The notes under the pieces were generated by a model. That model was not told the DNA's origin. It ran no database searches and saw only the letters and a list, made by a program, of their open reading frames with translations. A program made the position numbers and the translations under genes. A stretch of DNA of 64,000 nt from an uncultured archaeon. Lineage in GTDB: Archaea > Altiarchaeota > Altiarchaeia > IMC4 > QMZM01. Position 1 is the first letter of the stretch. Each line of letters starts with the position of its first letter. The stretch lies in the NCBI GenBank assembly GCA_964549685.1, contig CAZJVE010000006.1, positions 108 through 64,107 on the forward strand. The letters run 5' to 3'. Shown here in pieces: positions 9,741 to 19,665 of this stretch.

Positions 9741-11138
9741 TTAGTATGTATTTGCAGAGTTTACCGACTTCCCGCTCTTGCCGCAGACTATGCACTTTCC
9801 TTTGCCGTCATCGACCGAGAGGATATCAGCGTGCTTCTCAATTTTTTCAGAACATTCATCGTTACCGCACCATCCAAAAGAGATAATTCCACTGCCTGAA
9901 TTCTTCTTCAACTCATCGATGGATTTTACCTTGAGGATTCTCTTGCTGAATTTCTTCTTTGCCGCCTGCCGTAGATTCTTTGTTATTTCCTCGAATATTT
10001 TTGGTATCTCGGATAGTTTGTCGAATTTTATCTGTGACTTCTCGCCCGTGTCTCTCCTTACAATGGTTATTTCGTTCTTCTCCAGGTCTTTCGGCCCTGC
10101 CTCAATCCTCAGGGGGACGCCCTTCATCTCCCAGTGGTAGAACTTGTTGCCTGGCCTGTCGTCGCTGGCATCAATGTCGTTCCTTATTCCGAGCTCATCC
10201 AGCTTCTTCCTGACCTTCCCGGCATATTTCTGAATTCTCTCCTTGTCTGCATCCTTGAAGAATATCGGGACTATTACGCACTGCATCGGAGCTACCTCTG
10301 GGGGAAGGACGAGGCCCTTCTCGTCTCCATGGACCGAAATTAGTGCAGCAAGAAGCCTGCCGAAGCTGGGGCCGTAGGAGGTCTGATATACATGCTTGTG
10401 CTCTCCCTTCTCATCCTCGTAAGTGATTCCAAAGACCTTGGAGAAATTCTGCCCGAGGTTGTGAGCTGTTGCTATCTGCAGCGTCTTGCCGTTGGGCATT
10501 ATCGTGTCGAAGGCAAATGTGTCAGTGGCTCCGGGGAACCTGTCCCACTCCGGCCTCCTGTTCACCATGAAGGGGATGCACAGCAGTTCATTGATGAGCT
10601 TGCCGTAGATTTCCTTAATCTCCCCGATATTTTTTGTAGCATCCTTGTCGTCGATATGTGCAGAGTGGCCCTCGTTCCAGAGGAATTCCCTGCCCCTGAT
10701 TAAGGGCCTTGTATGCTTTGTTTCGTAGCGATAGACTGTGCAGCTCTGATGAATTTTGAGAGGGAGGTCCTGGTGTGAGCGAATCCACAGCCTGAAGGTC
10801 TCGTACATGGCCGTCTCCGATGTCGGCCTGAGAGCCAGCTTTCTCTCAAGCTCGTTCGCCCCGGCATGGGTAACCCAGAATACCTGCTCTTCGAATCCTG
10901 CTATGTGCTCGGTCTCCTTGCCAAGGACGTTGTCGGGAATCAGAACGGGGAAGAGGGTGGGCTCGTGGCCCGCATCCTCCAGAAGCTTTTCGAGGTACTG
11001 CTGCATCTGCCTTATTATGAAAAGGCCCCATCGCCTATAGATAATCATGCCCTTGATGGGGTACCTGGAGTCTATCAGCTCCGCATCCTCCAGAATCTTG
11101 AGATACCACTCCGAGAACTTGTCTTTCTCTTCTTCCAT
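9741..11138 (-). CDS. proS: Prolyl-tRNA synthetase (archaeal/eukaryotic type)
   Basis: LRPTSET, RYETKHTRPLIRGREFLWNEGH and HNLGQNFS motifs; C-terminal Zn site ending in Tyr. Confidence 0.97.
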   Translation of the reverse strand: MEEEKDKFSEWYLKILEDAELIDSRYPIKGMIIYRRWGLFIIRQMQQYLEKLLEDAGHEPTLFPVLIPDNVLGKETEHIAGFEEQVFWVTHAGANELERKLALRPTSETAMYETFRLWIRSHQDLPLKIHQSCTVYRYETKHTRPLIRGREFLWNEGHSAHIDDKDATKNIGEIKEIYGKLINELLCIPFMVNRRPEWDRFPGATDTFAFDTIMPNGKTLQIATAHNLGQNFSKVFGITYEDEKGEHKHVYQTSYGPSFGRLLAALISVHGDEKGLVLPPEVAPMQCVIVPIFFKDADKERIQKYAGKVRKKLDELGIRNDIDASDDRPGNKFYHWEMKGVPLRIEAGPKDLEKNEITIVRRDTGEKSQIKFDKLSEIPKIFEEITKNLRQAAKKKFSKRILKVKSIDELKKNSGSGIISFGWCGNDECSEKIEKHADILSVDDGKGKCIVCGKSGKSVNSANTY

Positions 11139-11173
11139 TATTTATCTATTGGAGGGAGGCTTTTTAATTGCTG

Positions 11174-12229
11174 TCAGTGCTTTATCTCGGGGAGAACGTG
11201 CTTCATGAATTCAGTCACGACGATGAGGATTATCGGTCCCAGGAATATCCCCTTGATTCCGAACACCAGTGGCCCAAAGATGAAGGCGAGCATTATCATT
11301 CCCTTATGGACGTCCTTGCCGCTCACATAGGGCCTGAGGATGATATCTGGGGTGAAGTCAACCACCACATTAACTACAAAGAAGAACAATAGCAGGAACC
11401 AGAAGCTAGAGGCAAGGGTTCCGGCCAGATATCCCTGTAATCCGAGGTAGCCAAGCAGGGGAACCCATACGAATTTTATCCCTACCCCCGGAATCAGGGT
11501 TGCCATTCCCGAGAGGATTCCCATCAGCACCTCGTAGGGAATCCTCATTCCTGGAGGCGCTATCTGGTTCAGCAGAGTGTATACTATCATCCCGTCAACT
11601 GCGGTGACTATCGCGGTTATTATGCTCCCGAAGAAGACCATGTGCAGTGACTCGTCGGTCGCGTTGAGGAATTTATTAACGAGCGCTTTGTCCTTCCCGA
11701 AAGTGACCTTGACTACCCATTCCCTCAGCCTTGGGCCGTCCTTCAGGAGGTAGAAGGCAGTAGTTAGCATTATGAAAAGCTTCAGTATTATCCCCACGAG
11801 CATCGTTATGGGCATGAAGAAGCTGCCGCTCATGCTTGAGCTCGTCATAATGATGTTGGCTATTTGCTGCGGTGTCAGTTTCCTTGCCAGCGAACCATAC
11901 TTGTCGATTATTTCATTCAGATACTCTGCAGATATGTCTGCATTGCTGAGAAGTGTTGAGAACTCCACAAAGGCAATGCTTATCGTATAGAGGAGGACCA
12001 GTATAATCGGGAGAATTATCGCAAATATCGCGACAAAGGACCCCAGAGTGTCGTGGTGGAATTTCTTGTGGAGTATGTCATACAGGGGCCGGGCAACATA
12101 GTATAAGAAGATGCCGTAGATTATTGCGTCAAGGAATGGAAGGCACATGTATAACAAGAGGGATACAGAAACAAGACCGATAAGCTGCCAGTATCTAATC
12201 CCCCTGATGCGCTTTTTTAGTTCCATCAA
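11174..12229 (-). CDS. AI-2E family (PerM-like) membrane transporter
   Basis: Multi-TM; FYLLKDG, ILRPYVSG and GPLVFGIKGIFLGP motifs. Confidence 0.88.
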   Translation of the reverse strand: MMELKKRIRGIRYWQLIGLVSVSLLLYMCLPFLDAIIYGIFLYYVARPLYDILHKKFHHDTLGSFVAIFAIILPIILVLLYTISIAFVEFSTLLSNADISAEYLNEIIDKYGSLARKLTPQQIANIIMTSSSMSGSFFMPITMLVGIILKLFIMLTTAFYLLKDGPRLREWVVKVTFGKDKALVNKFLNATDESLHMVFFGSIITAIVTAVDGMIVYTLLNQIAPPGMRIPYEVLMGILSGMATLIPGVGIKFVWVPLLGYLGLQGYLAGTLASSFWFLLLFFFVVNVVVDFTPDIILRPYVSGKDVHKGMIMLAFIFGPLVFGIKGIFLGPIILIVVTEFMKHVLPEIKH

Positions 12230-12261
12230 TATCTATTTTTCGTTAGAGATTAAATATCTAG

Positions 12262-13470
12262 TTATTCGTATCTCAACGCGTCTACTGGCCTCAGCTGTGA
12301 GGCCTGCCTTGCCGGAAGAACCCCTGAGACGCAGCCGACTATGAAGGAAAATGCCACTGCCCCTATGCATAATTCAGGAGTTATCTGGGCCTGGATTAGA
12401 CCGGTGCCAAGCTGTGCTGCTGCCACAATCTCAACGGCCTTTGCAAGCCCTGTGCCAATGAGACAGCCGACCACCCCGCCAACAGAGCCGATTATGCCTG
12501 ATTCGAACATGAAGAGGTAGAGAACGTCCTGGTTTCTGGCTCCGATGGCCTTCATCAGGCCAATCTCCTGGGTTCTCTCAAGGACTGAAGTATACATTGT
12601 GTTCATTATGCCGACTCCGCCAACGAAGAGGGATATTGCTGCTATTCCGATGAGGACGGCCTGGACTGCATCAAGGACTATGCCAACGGAATCCTTCATC
12701 TGATTAAGGGTCATGACCTGGAAGTCCTCCTCGCCCACGTCAAGGCCCCTGTCCTTCCTCAAATCCTCCTCAATCTCCTCGGCAACATCATCGGGTTCAT
12801 AGTTCGGCTTTGTCTTGGCCATTATCACTATGTAGTCATCCTCTACACCAAATAAATTCTTTGCAGTTTCGGTCGGGATGTAGATGTTCTTGTCATCCTC
12901 TGGATTCCCTATCTCGCTGACAAGGGCAACGACATCAAACCTCTTGTCGTCTATCTCTATGGTGTTTCCAACATCCACGGGCTTTTCAAAGATGTCACCG
13001 GTCCAGTACCTATAGCCTATTGCAGCCTTATAGGTATCAGAGGGCTTGAATTTCTTCTGTCCCTTGACTATTTCAACACCAGTACCGTCGAGAAAAAGGT
13101 CCTCTAAATCCGGGTCGAGCCCGGAAACCCAGCCGAACTCTGTCTCGCCCTTGAATTCGACTCTTGAATATGAGGTTATCATACCCCCGGCCTTTTCTAC
13201 CCCACGTATCCCCTTTACGATGTCCAACTCGTGGTCGGTCAGTTTTGAGGCCGAGCCCCCGGGGCTGAAAACGCCCCCGGGCATTACATAGATGATATTG
13301 GTGCCGAGTAGCTCGAACTGTTCGTTTATGGCGCTCTGGAGTCCCTCCCCCAGAGATATCAGGGAGACTATGGCAGCGATTCCGATGAATATGCCCATCA
13401 TAGTGAGCCAGCTTCTCATGCCTCTCCTCGTTATGCTCCTAACCGAAAGTCTGAAAAAGTCGTCCCACAT
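12262..13470 (-). CDS. ABC transporter permease, MacB/FtsX family
   Basis: RSWLTMMGIFIGIAA, GGVGIMNTMYTSVLERTQEIGLMKAIGA and PVDALRYE motifs. Confidence 0.95.
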   Translation of the reverse strand: MWDDFFRLSVRSITRRGMRSWLTMMGIFIGIAAIVSLISLGEGLQSAINEQFELLGTNIIYVMPGGVFSPGGSASKLTDHELDIVKGIRGVEKAGGMITSYSRVEFKGETEFGWVSGLDPDLEDLFLDGTGVEIVKGQKKFKPSDTYKAAIGYRYWTGDIFEKPVDVGNTIEIDDKRFDVVALVSEIGNPEDDKNIYIPTETAKNLFGVEDDYIVIMAKTKPNYEPDDVAEEIEEDLRKDRGLDVGEEDFQVMTLNQMKDSVGIVLDAVQAVLIGIAAISLFVGGVGIMNTMYTSVLERTQEIGLMKAIGARNQDVLYLFMFESGIIGSVGGVVGCLIGTGLAKAVEIVAAAQLGTGLIQAQITPELCIGAVAFSFIVGCVSGVLPARQASQLRPVDALRYE

Positions 13471-13471
13471 T

Positions 13472-14692
13472 TTACCTGTGCCTTAGAGCGTCTACGGGAT
13501 GCATCTTCGCGGCCTTTCTGGCCGGAAGCCCGCCCCAGATGCAACCCCATAGGAATGAAAACGTTAGTGAAAAGACGATTAATTCCGGGCCCATGTAGGC
13601 GTGGAACATGTCGAAGTTGTAGAAGTTCTTAAGGGCGTATTCGACGCCGAAGCTCACTCCCAGGCCGCCGAGCGTGCCTATTATTCCTCCGACCATGCCA
13701 AGGAAACCGCCCTCTATAAGGAATATCGCCATTATGCTCGAATTTCTTGCCCCGATAGCCTTCATGATCCCTATCTGGTGGATTCTCTCTATCACAGAGG
13801 TATACATAGTCGTCATGATTCCTATGCCCCCAACTAAGAGAGATATTGCTGCGATTCCTATGAGCACCACCTGGACTATATCCAGAACGCTGGTGAAGGC
13901 GCCGATAAGGTTCTCAAAGGTCTCAACGGAAAAGTCCTCCTCGTCCTCATCGACGTTCCTGTGCTTCCTTAGTTTTTCCTCTATGCTATCGGCAACCTCA
14001 GATGGGTCATAGCCCTTCTCCACCTTGACGCTTATGCTAGAGTAGTCGTCCTTCTTGTCGAACAGCTCCTCTGCAGTTTCAAGAGGAATCGTTATCTTGA
14101 GGTCATGCATGGGGTTCCCTGTCTCCTTGTTGATGCCGACTACATCGAACTCCTTGTCCTCGATTCTTATCTTGCCGCCTATGTCAATCTCCCTGTCGAA
14201 CATGTCCGGTCCTGTGCTCGGACCGACCTGTGCCTTATAGACATCGTTCTCTCTCAGATAACGGCCTTCTTCAACCGAAAAGTAGTCAATCTCCTCGAGA
14301 AAGTTCTGAGTCTTTGAGTCGGTGTCAACGCCAAAAACAGAGATGAATTTCGTCTTGTCCTTGTACCTGATCTTCCCGGTGGCCACGACCGCACCTATTG
14401 CCGAGTCGACGCCCCTGACCTTCTTTATGACGTCAAGGTCGGATTCGCCCAGCTTTGCGGAGGTGTATGTGGACCCCCCGGTCATCATGCCCCCTCCGCC
14501 GGGTGACACCGCTATCCTGTCGCTTCCCACTGCCTGCGCCTGCTCCTGAATCACTTGTTGAAGGCCCTCGCTCAGGGAGATTAATGCAACTACTGCAATA
14601 ATCCCCACGAAGATTCCCAGCATGGTCAGCCAGCTTCTGACCCTTCTGTGGGTTATGCTGTTCAGGGCGAACTTTATGTAGTCTTCAATCAT
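13472..14692 (-). CDS. ABC transporter permease, MacB/FtsX family (paralogue)
   Basis: RSWLTMLGIFVG, SVIERIHQIGIMKAIGA and PVDALR motifs. Confidence 0.95.
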   Translation of the reverse strand: MIEDYIKFALNSITHRRVRSWLTMLGIFVGIIAVVALISLSEGLQQVIQEQAQAVGSDRIAVSPGGGGMMTGGSTYTSAKLGESDLDVIKKVRGVDSAIGAVVATGKIRYKDKTKFISVFGVDTDSKTQNFLEEIDYFSVEEGRYLRENDVYKAQVGPSTGPDMFDREIDIGGKIRIEDKEFDVVGINKETGNPMHDLKITIPLETAEELFDKKDDYSSISVKVEKGYDPSEVADSIEEKLRKHRNVDEDEEDFSVETFENLIGAFTSVLDIVQVVLIGIAAISLLVGGIGIMTTMYTSVIERIHQIGIMKAIGARNSSIMAIFLIEGGFLGMVGGIIGTLGGLGVSFGVEYALKNFYNFDMFHAYMGPELIVFSLTFSFLWGCIWGGLPARKAAKMHPVDALRHR

Positions 14693-14693
14693 A

Positions 14694-16007
14694 TCAAATC
14701 TTGCTGAAGAGCTTCTTGTTCAGCTTGGTCATTATAAGCCCGATGATCTTGTAGATGAGCCAAACAAGCAGGACTCCAAGGATGAGTGCCGGGACTGCAA
14801 TCACTGCCATAAGTGCCGTTGATATTTGGTCCTGTTTTGGGTTCTCTACAGCGTATTCCCCTGGCGTCAGGATCTTCAGCGGAACCTCCCTGGAGAGAAC
14901 ATAGTCCTTGTTGCTGCCATCGCCCTTGTACTGCAGCTCCACCCTCAGCGGAATCTCTCCCGCTGGAGCGTTGTCATTCACCTTTATAATCATATCCTCC
15001 GTCTCAACGTCATCCGAGTCGAGGTTTCCAATATATATTTCATCTATTGAAAGTACCTGGTAGTATTCAGACGGCAGCAGCTTGAACTTCAGGAACTTTG
15101 CATCCACAAAGCCCTCGTTTGCCATGCTTATGGTAACCGTCCCCTTCCTGCCGGGAGTGAACGAATCAGCCTCGTCCAGGCCGATTGAAAGGTCGGGCTC
15201 CGCCTTTATCCTTGCGCCAATCTCCTTCTTGACCGTGTTCGTTACGCCGTCGCCGTCGACGTAGGTTATCGTCAAGGGAATCTTGTGCGTCTTTATCTCT
15301 GCGTCGCTGCTTACGGAAACCGAGAATTCAACGTCCTTTGTTTCATCGGCTTCAAAGTTCCCGAGATACTTGCTGGATGATGTTGCTGTCGTAAACGGGC
15401 TGTCGAGCGTCAATTCAACATTGACGTGCCTTGCAATTCCCCCGCCCTCGTTGGTTATGCCTATCTCTACGTCTTCAGTAGAGCCAACCTCAAGGGCATT
15501 GTCAGATGATATGTCGAATTCCACGGAGCCCCTTACCGGAATTTCCACGTCATTGCCGATTATCAGTTCCTCATCATTTCCATCAATGTCGGTCTCTATT
15601 ATCTGAAACTCCATATTATAGGTCGTTGCGGGGGCGTTCTCCTTTATCTTTATCTCAAACGGAGCGGTCCAACTCTCGCCAATGAACAGGTGTCCAACGC
15701 TCCTCTCGCCCTCTTTGACAAGGATGTATGTCTCCGATATATCGTCCGCAGGAACGAGTCTCACCGTATAGAATATGCTCGGATCATCTCCGGCAATGGT
15801 CTTGGCGCCACCGCTCTCTCCCCTGCTTCCAGCACTCAAAACATCCCTGAGATCTGGGTTCTCGTGGAACTTCACATAGACATTAACTGTATCGCCGGCC
15901 TCAATGTAGATTGGGTCCAGACTCACGGAATCAAACCTTGGCTCTGCATATATGGCCTGAATCAGGGCCAGAATCAAAAATCCAGTCATCAATGTTGTTT
16001 TTTTCAT
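14694..16007 (-). CDS. COG1361-like S-layer/Ig-repeat membrane-anchored protein
   Basis: Signal peptide, repeated beta-rich units (ITNEG..A, YLGNF, YIGNL), C-terminal TM; usual partner of these archaeal ABC operons. Confidence 0.8.
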   Translation of the reverse strand: MKKTTLMTGFLILALIQAIYAEPRFDSVSLDPIYIEAGDTVNVYVKFHENPDLRDVLSAGSRGESGGAKTIAGDDPSIFYTVRLVPADDISETYILVKEGERSVGHLFIGESWTAPFEIKIKENAPATTYNMEFQIIETDIDGNDEELIIGNDVEIPVRGSVEFDISSDNALEVGSTEDVEIGITNEGGGIARHVNVELTLDSPFTTATSSSKYLGNFEADETKDVEFSVSVSSDAEIKTHKIPLTITYVDGDGVTNTVKKEIGARIKAEPDLSIGLDEADSFTPGRKGTVTISMANEGFVDAKFLKFKLLPSEYYQVLSIDEIYIGNLDSDDVETEDMIIKVNDNAPAGEIPLRVELQYKGDGSNKDYVLSREVPLKILTPGEYAVENPKQDQISTALMAVIAVPALILGVLLVWLIYKIIGLIMTKLNKKLFSKI

Positions 16008-16010
16008 TTT

Positions 16011-16706
16011 TTATTTCACCTCTATCTTTCCGTCCATTATGTTGACTATCCTGTCGGCATATTTCGAAAGATTATGGTCATGGGTTACCATCACTATGGT
16101 CTTCCCGTCCTTGTTGAGCTTTGTGAGCATGTCCATCACCTCGTTGCCTGTCTTTGAATCGAGGTTTCCTGTCGGCTCGTCGGCCAGAATCACGTCCGGG
16201 TCGTTTGCCAGGGACCTTGCTATTGCAACCCGCTGCTGCTGCCCGCCCGACAGCTCAGTTGGCTTGTGATGTATCCTCTTCTCCAGGCCCATCATCTCCA
16301 GCAGTTTCGCCGCCCTTTCCTCGCGCTCGTATTTTTGAATCCCCTGGAACGTCATTGGGAGCATTACATTCTCCAGTGCAGTGAGACTGGGTATCAGGTT
16401 GAACGTCTGAAAAACGAAGCCGATGATTCTGCCCCTTATCTGGGCGAGTTCGCTCTCCGGCAATTCTGATATGTCCTGCCCCTCCAGGAAAATCCTGCCC
16501 TTGCTGGGGATGTCGAGACAGCCGACCAGGTTCATCAGGGTCGATTTTCCTGAGCCGGATGGACCCATGATTGCAACGAACTCCTCGGGCATAATCTCAA
16601 GGCTTGAGCCCCTGAGGGCATTGACCTGCACCTTGCCCATCTGGTATATCTTCCAGACCTCCTCAAGCTTGATAATCGGCCCGTTATGTTTTTTCTTCTC
16701 GGTCAT
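16011..16706 (-). CDS. ABC transporter ATP-binding protein (LolD/MacB type)
   Basis: GPSGSGKS, LSGGQQQRVAIAR, DEPTGNLD and VTHD motifs. Confidence 0.97.
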   Translation of the reverse strand: MTEKKKHNGPIIKLEEVWKIYQMGKVQVNALRGSSLEIMPEEFVAIMGPSGSGKSTLMNLVGCLDIPSKGRIFLEGQDISELPESELAQIRGRIIGFVFQTFNLIPSLTALENVMLPMTFQGIQKYEREERAAKLLEMMGLEKRIHHKPTELSGGQQQRVAIARSLANDPDVILADEPTGNLDSKTGNEVMDMLTKLNKDGKTIVMVTHDHNLSKYADRIVNIMDGKIEVK

Positions 16707-16745
16707 CTTGGCCCCATAGATATTTGAATCGAATGTGTAAATAAC

Positions 16746-17231
16746 CTACTCCTCGACTGACATCCCCTCGAGTTTTTTCATTAATTCGCCCAGTATCCCC
16801 TCGAATTGAAGCAGCTGAGCATAGTAGTTTTCTATTATCATGAGCTTCTGCTTTGATTTCTCGTCCCCGGCCTTGCCCCTGTACTTCTCGATTATCCGGG
16901 GCAGGGTTTCCTTTGCGGGCCTGATGAAGTTATTGAGCGCCGCGTGGAGCTTCATTACGTTCAGCTTAACCAGGTCCTTCTCCATGTAGAAGAAGACCTT
17001 GTTGGTTCCGGGTTTCTTTATGCGCTGGACCACGCCCATTGTCTCAACCATCTTCATCGTATTGCATATGGATGCGAGGCTGTAGCCGGTTTTCGTTGCA
17101 AGGTACTCCATGGAGACCTCTTCCGGCTCGATATAGAGGGCGCCGATTACCTTTGCGGGGAGATCATTGAGCCCGTAGGACTTCATCAGCGTGCTGAAGA
17201 ACTCCATCACATCTTTATCAAGTTCTTCCAT
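16746..17231 (-). CDS. GbsR/MarR-family winged-helix transcriptional regulator
   Basis: YGLNDLPAKVIGALY..EEVSMEYLATKTGYSLASIC pattern; heads the ABC operon. Confidence 0.85.
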   Translation of the reverse strand: MEELDKDVMEFFSTLMKSYGLNDLPAKVIGALYIEPEEVSMEYLATKTGYSLASICNTMKMVETMGVVQRIKKPGTNKVFFYMEKDLVKLNVMKLHAALNNFIRPAKETLPRIIEKYRGKAGDEKSKQKLMIIENYYAQLLQFEGILGELMKKLEGMSVEE

Positions 17232-17239
17232 CTTTTACA

Positions 17240-17270
17240 ACTTTTAATATATTTAAAATATATTAAAAGT
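17240..17270. promoter_or_regulatory. Perfect 15-bp inverted repeat, candidate operator of the GbsR-like regulator
   Basis: acttttaatatattt-a-aaatatattaaaagt, 8 bp upstream of the start codon at 17231. Confidence 0.7.
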
Positions 17271-17346
17271 ATTAAATATATGAAGGTTTATCTATAAAAA
17301 CCCCATGAAACAATCCTCAGAAACAAAACGAACGTTCAGACCGTGA

Positions 17347-17568
17347 TTATACGAAAGAAACAATAATCGCTGCTATGATCAGAATCAGAAGAATCGAGTA
17401 TGCCTTGAAGAATCCGGATAGTGATTTTACCGACCTTGAGACCGAGTCGTAGGTTATTTTGGCCAGCTCGGATTCCGCCCTCTCCTTCTTCGCCTCCATG
17501 GCATTCAGCGTTTTCAGGGCGTATATCCTTGCCTTGCTGGAGTGCCTGTTAATGTCTTCGTACCTCAT
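17347..17568 (-). CDS. Small hypothetical protein with C-terminal TM helix
   Basis: 73 aa; charged helix then hydrophobic tail; fills the gap, same strand as neighbours. Confidence 0.55.
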   Translation of the reverse strand: MRYEDINRHSSKARIYALKTLNAMEAKKERAESELAKITYDSVSRSVKSLSGFFKAYSILLILIIAAIIVSFV

Positions 17569-17663
17569 TTTAAATCTGGTGGAATGGAATATTAGAATAT
17601 TTGGGTTTAAATATGTTGCGGTTTCTTTTCGGAAACCAAGGACAAAAATGTGAACAGATGGAT

Positions 17664-18209
17664 TTAAACCTCGCCCAGTCTCCTCTTCTCCATCTCCTCA
17701 GCAGTTATTATCTCGAACTCACACTGCTCGTCGCCCTTGGCAGTGCACTTTGTCTCGACGCAGTGCATCGACCTCTCCAGGGCCACGGTAACTGCTCCTG
17801 CAAATATGCCCCTGATGAAATGGCAGACCGGCTTTTTGGATTCCTTGTAGCCCATGGTGTTTGCGCTGTTTGTTACCGTAATCCTTACCTGCGGCACCGA
17901 CAGGTCCATCTCGGTAATCTCGCCGCGGCCATAGCCGTGCTCGGAGAAGTGGTCCATCAGTATTTTTCCCAAATCCTCCTTGGATATGTCGGGCCCCAGC
18001 CGGGTTATGTCGCCCTTGATATTCGACCCGGAGCCCTGGGCATACATACGGGCAGAATCATAAACAAGATAGGTAGCAGCGGGTCCTATAATCTTCTCGA
18101 ATTCCCTCTGCAGATATGCAAGGTTGCCCCGGGATAGTATCAGAACGCTGTTCTCGTAGGCAAATGCCTCGCCCTTCTCTTTATCGTGCTCCAGTTCGAT
18201 TTTATCCAT
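17664..18209 (-). CDS. V4R-domain protein
   Basis: GYGRGEI, KPVCHFIRGIFAG and ETKCTAKGDEQCEF, the V4R signature. Confidence 0.9.
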   Translation of the reverse strand: MDKIELEHDKEKGEAFAYENSVLILSRGNLAYLQREFEKIIGPAATYLVYDSARMYAQGSGSNIKGDITRLGPDISKEDLGKILMDHFSEHGYGRGEITEMDLSVPQVRITVTNSANTMGYKESKKPVCHFIRGIFAGAVTVALERSMHCVETKCTAKGDEQCEFEIITAEEMEKRRLGEV

Positions 18210-18585
18210 TCTGCTTTCCCTTGCTTACGCCCTGCCACCAGCCACTCGGCAGGAACCTTTCCAGGGTCAAATCACGCCTCAGCTCGAGGTCTGAGAAGTC
18301 AGGATATCTGAACTTTACCTCGAACCTTGTTTGATATCTGACAAGAGAGTCAACGCACTCATTGCACAGGTTGCCGGCATAGCTTCTCGAGGGGATTCTC
18401 TCGCTCTTCTTCATCTTCTTCGCCTCTGAGCGGCTTTTGCTCGGAACGCCGGGGAGAATTTTCCTGCACCTTCCGCAACTATGCTTGGATGGCTTCTTCC
18501 TCTTGTAATGAGTAACTGTCCTTCCGCCAGGCGTTCTGACCTGCCTCTTCTTAACGGACCGAGAACGATTCTTTGGTGAGGTCAT
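18202..18585 (-). CDS. rpl34e: 50S ribosomal protein L34e with C-terminal extension
   Basis: RSRSVKKRQVRTPGGRTVTHY, CGRC, PSRSYAGNLC..C; follows adk-DUF106. Confidence 0.93.
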   Translation of the reverse strand: MTSPKNRSRSVKKRQVRTPGGRTVTHYKRKKPSKHSCGRCRKILPGVPSKSRSEAKKMKKSERIPSRSYAGNLCNECVDSLVRYQTRFEVKFRYPDFSDLELRRDLTLERFLPSGWWQGVSKGKQNG

Positions 18586-18621
18586 AGTCCTATTTATAGT
18601 GATTCCTCCAATATAAACCGC

Positions 18622-19044
18622 TTAATTCAGTCGAAGAACCTTGTTTAGTACAATGCTCGTTGTTATCGAACATATGATATACCAGAAGAACCAGCTCAGT
18701 TCAAACCCAAAGAGGGTTGCTACAGTGCCAGCTGAACCGTATTCCCCCCGGAGCCAGTTGAATACCAGGAGAAAGGGGATTATCGTAAAAATCATCGGCT
18801 TGAAGGAGTGCTTCAGCTGTTCCATGGTGAGGCTCATCAGCTCTTCCTGCGCCTTCTGAGCTCTCTTCATATCCCCTGCCTTGGTGGCCTCCTTTATCGT
18901 CTGCTGGTGCTCCTTCAGCTTATTTTTCTGCTCCTTGAGCTTCTCTCTATCAAGAACTGCTCTCCTTACGAGGGTGCTCATCACCGACAGCCCTACGGAA
19001 ACAAGAGCTATCGTCTCTCCAGCAGGGGATATGGAAATTATCAT
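18622..19044 (-). CDS. DUF106 / EMC3-Oxa1 superfamily membrane protein
   Basis: TM, coiled coil, SFKPMIFTIIP and WFFWYIICS motifs; conserved position between adk and L34e. Confidence 0.9.
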   Translation of the reverse strand: MIISISPAGETIALVSVGLSVMSTLVRRAVLDREKLKEQKNKLKEHQQTIKEATKAGDMKRAQKAQEELMSLTMEQLKHSFKPMIFTIIPFLLVFNWLRGEYGSAGTVATLFGFELSWFFWYIICSITTSIVLNKVLRLN

Positions 19045-19610
19045 CTTAGAACCGACATAAGTTTCTCTGCGGCTTCATCCACCTTGCCTGCTGGATTCTC
19101 TATGACCATGACGGTTGCGCCGCTTATTACCGAATAGGCCGAAGCGAAGCTCCTGTTTAGCCATTGATGCAACGCAATGGCCTCCTCCATCTCCTCGTCC
19201 CTCTCCCTCGTTTCATCGGACTGTCTTCTCTTGGCAATCTCCTCAGGTCTTGCCTCTATGAGAGCGATGACGCTTGGGCTCAGTTTCCTCAGGACTTTCT
19301 CGGGGAGCCCCGGGAGATACCCCTGAGGGGTGCTTATTGCACAATGAGTGTCCAGCAAAACGTTCTGGCTCATGGCCATCTGTGAAATCTTTACTGCCGC
19401 GAGCTCCTGAATCTCCTTCTGCTGTTTCGGCTCTAATTTGCGCATCTCGTCCCTCGAATTAACAAGATTCTTGGTTATTGCTATGTCGGCCATTACGTCG
19501 CCATAGGTTATCAGTTCGTAATCTATGCCTTCTGGAGACAGCTTCTCAATAGCCTTCTTTGCAACGGTCGTTTTACCGGTCCCGGGAATTCCGGTCATTA
19601 TGGCTAGCAT
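19041..19610 (-). CDS. adkA: Adenylate kinase (archaeal type)
   Basis: TGIPGTGKTT, RDEMRKL and DTH..I.TP.GYLPGLP motifs. Confidence 0.95.
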   Translation of the reverse strand: MLAIMTGIPGTGKTTVAKKAIEKLSPEGIDYELITYGDVMADIAITKNLVNSRDEMRKLEPKQQKEIQELAAVKISQMAMSQNVLLDTHCAISTPQGYLPGLPEKVLRKLSPSVIALIEARPEEIAKRRQSDETRERDEEMEEAIALHQWLNRSFASAYSVISGATVMVIENPAGKVDEAAEKLMSVLR

Positions 19611-19665
19611 TTTTGAGAGCAGAAATATAACTATATTTAGAGTTACAGCTAATAAAATCAGATGA

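Noticed and set aside
17645-17658. Fifth TGTTC-N9-GAACA copy (aatgtgaacaga)
   Set aside because: Only the right half matches; the TGTTC arm is missing.
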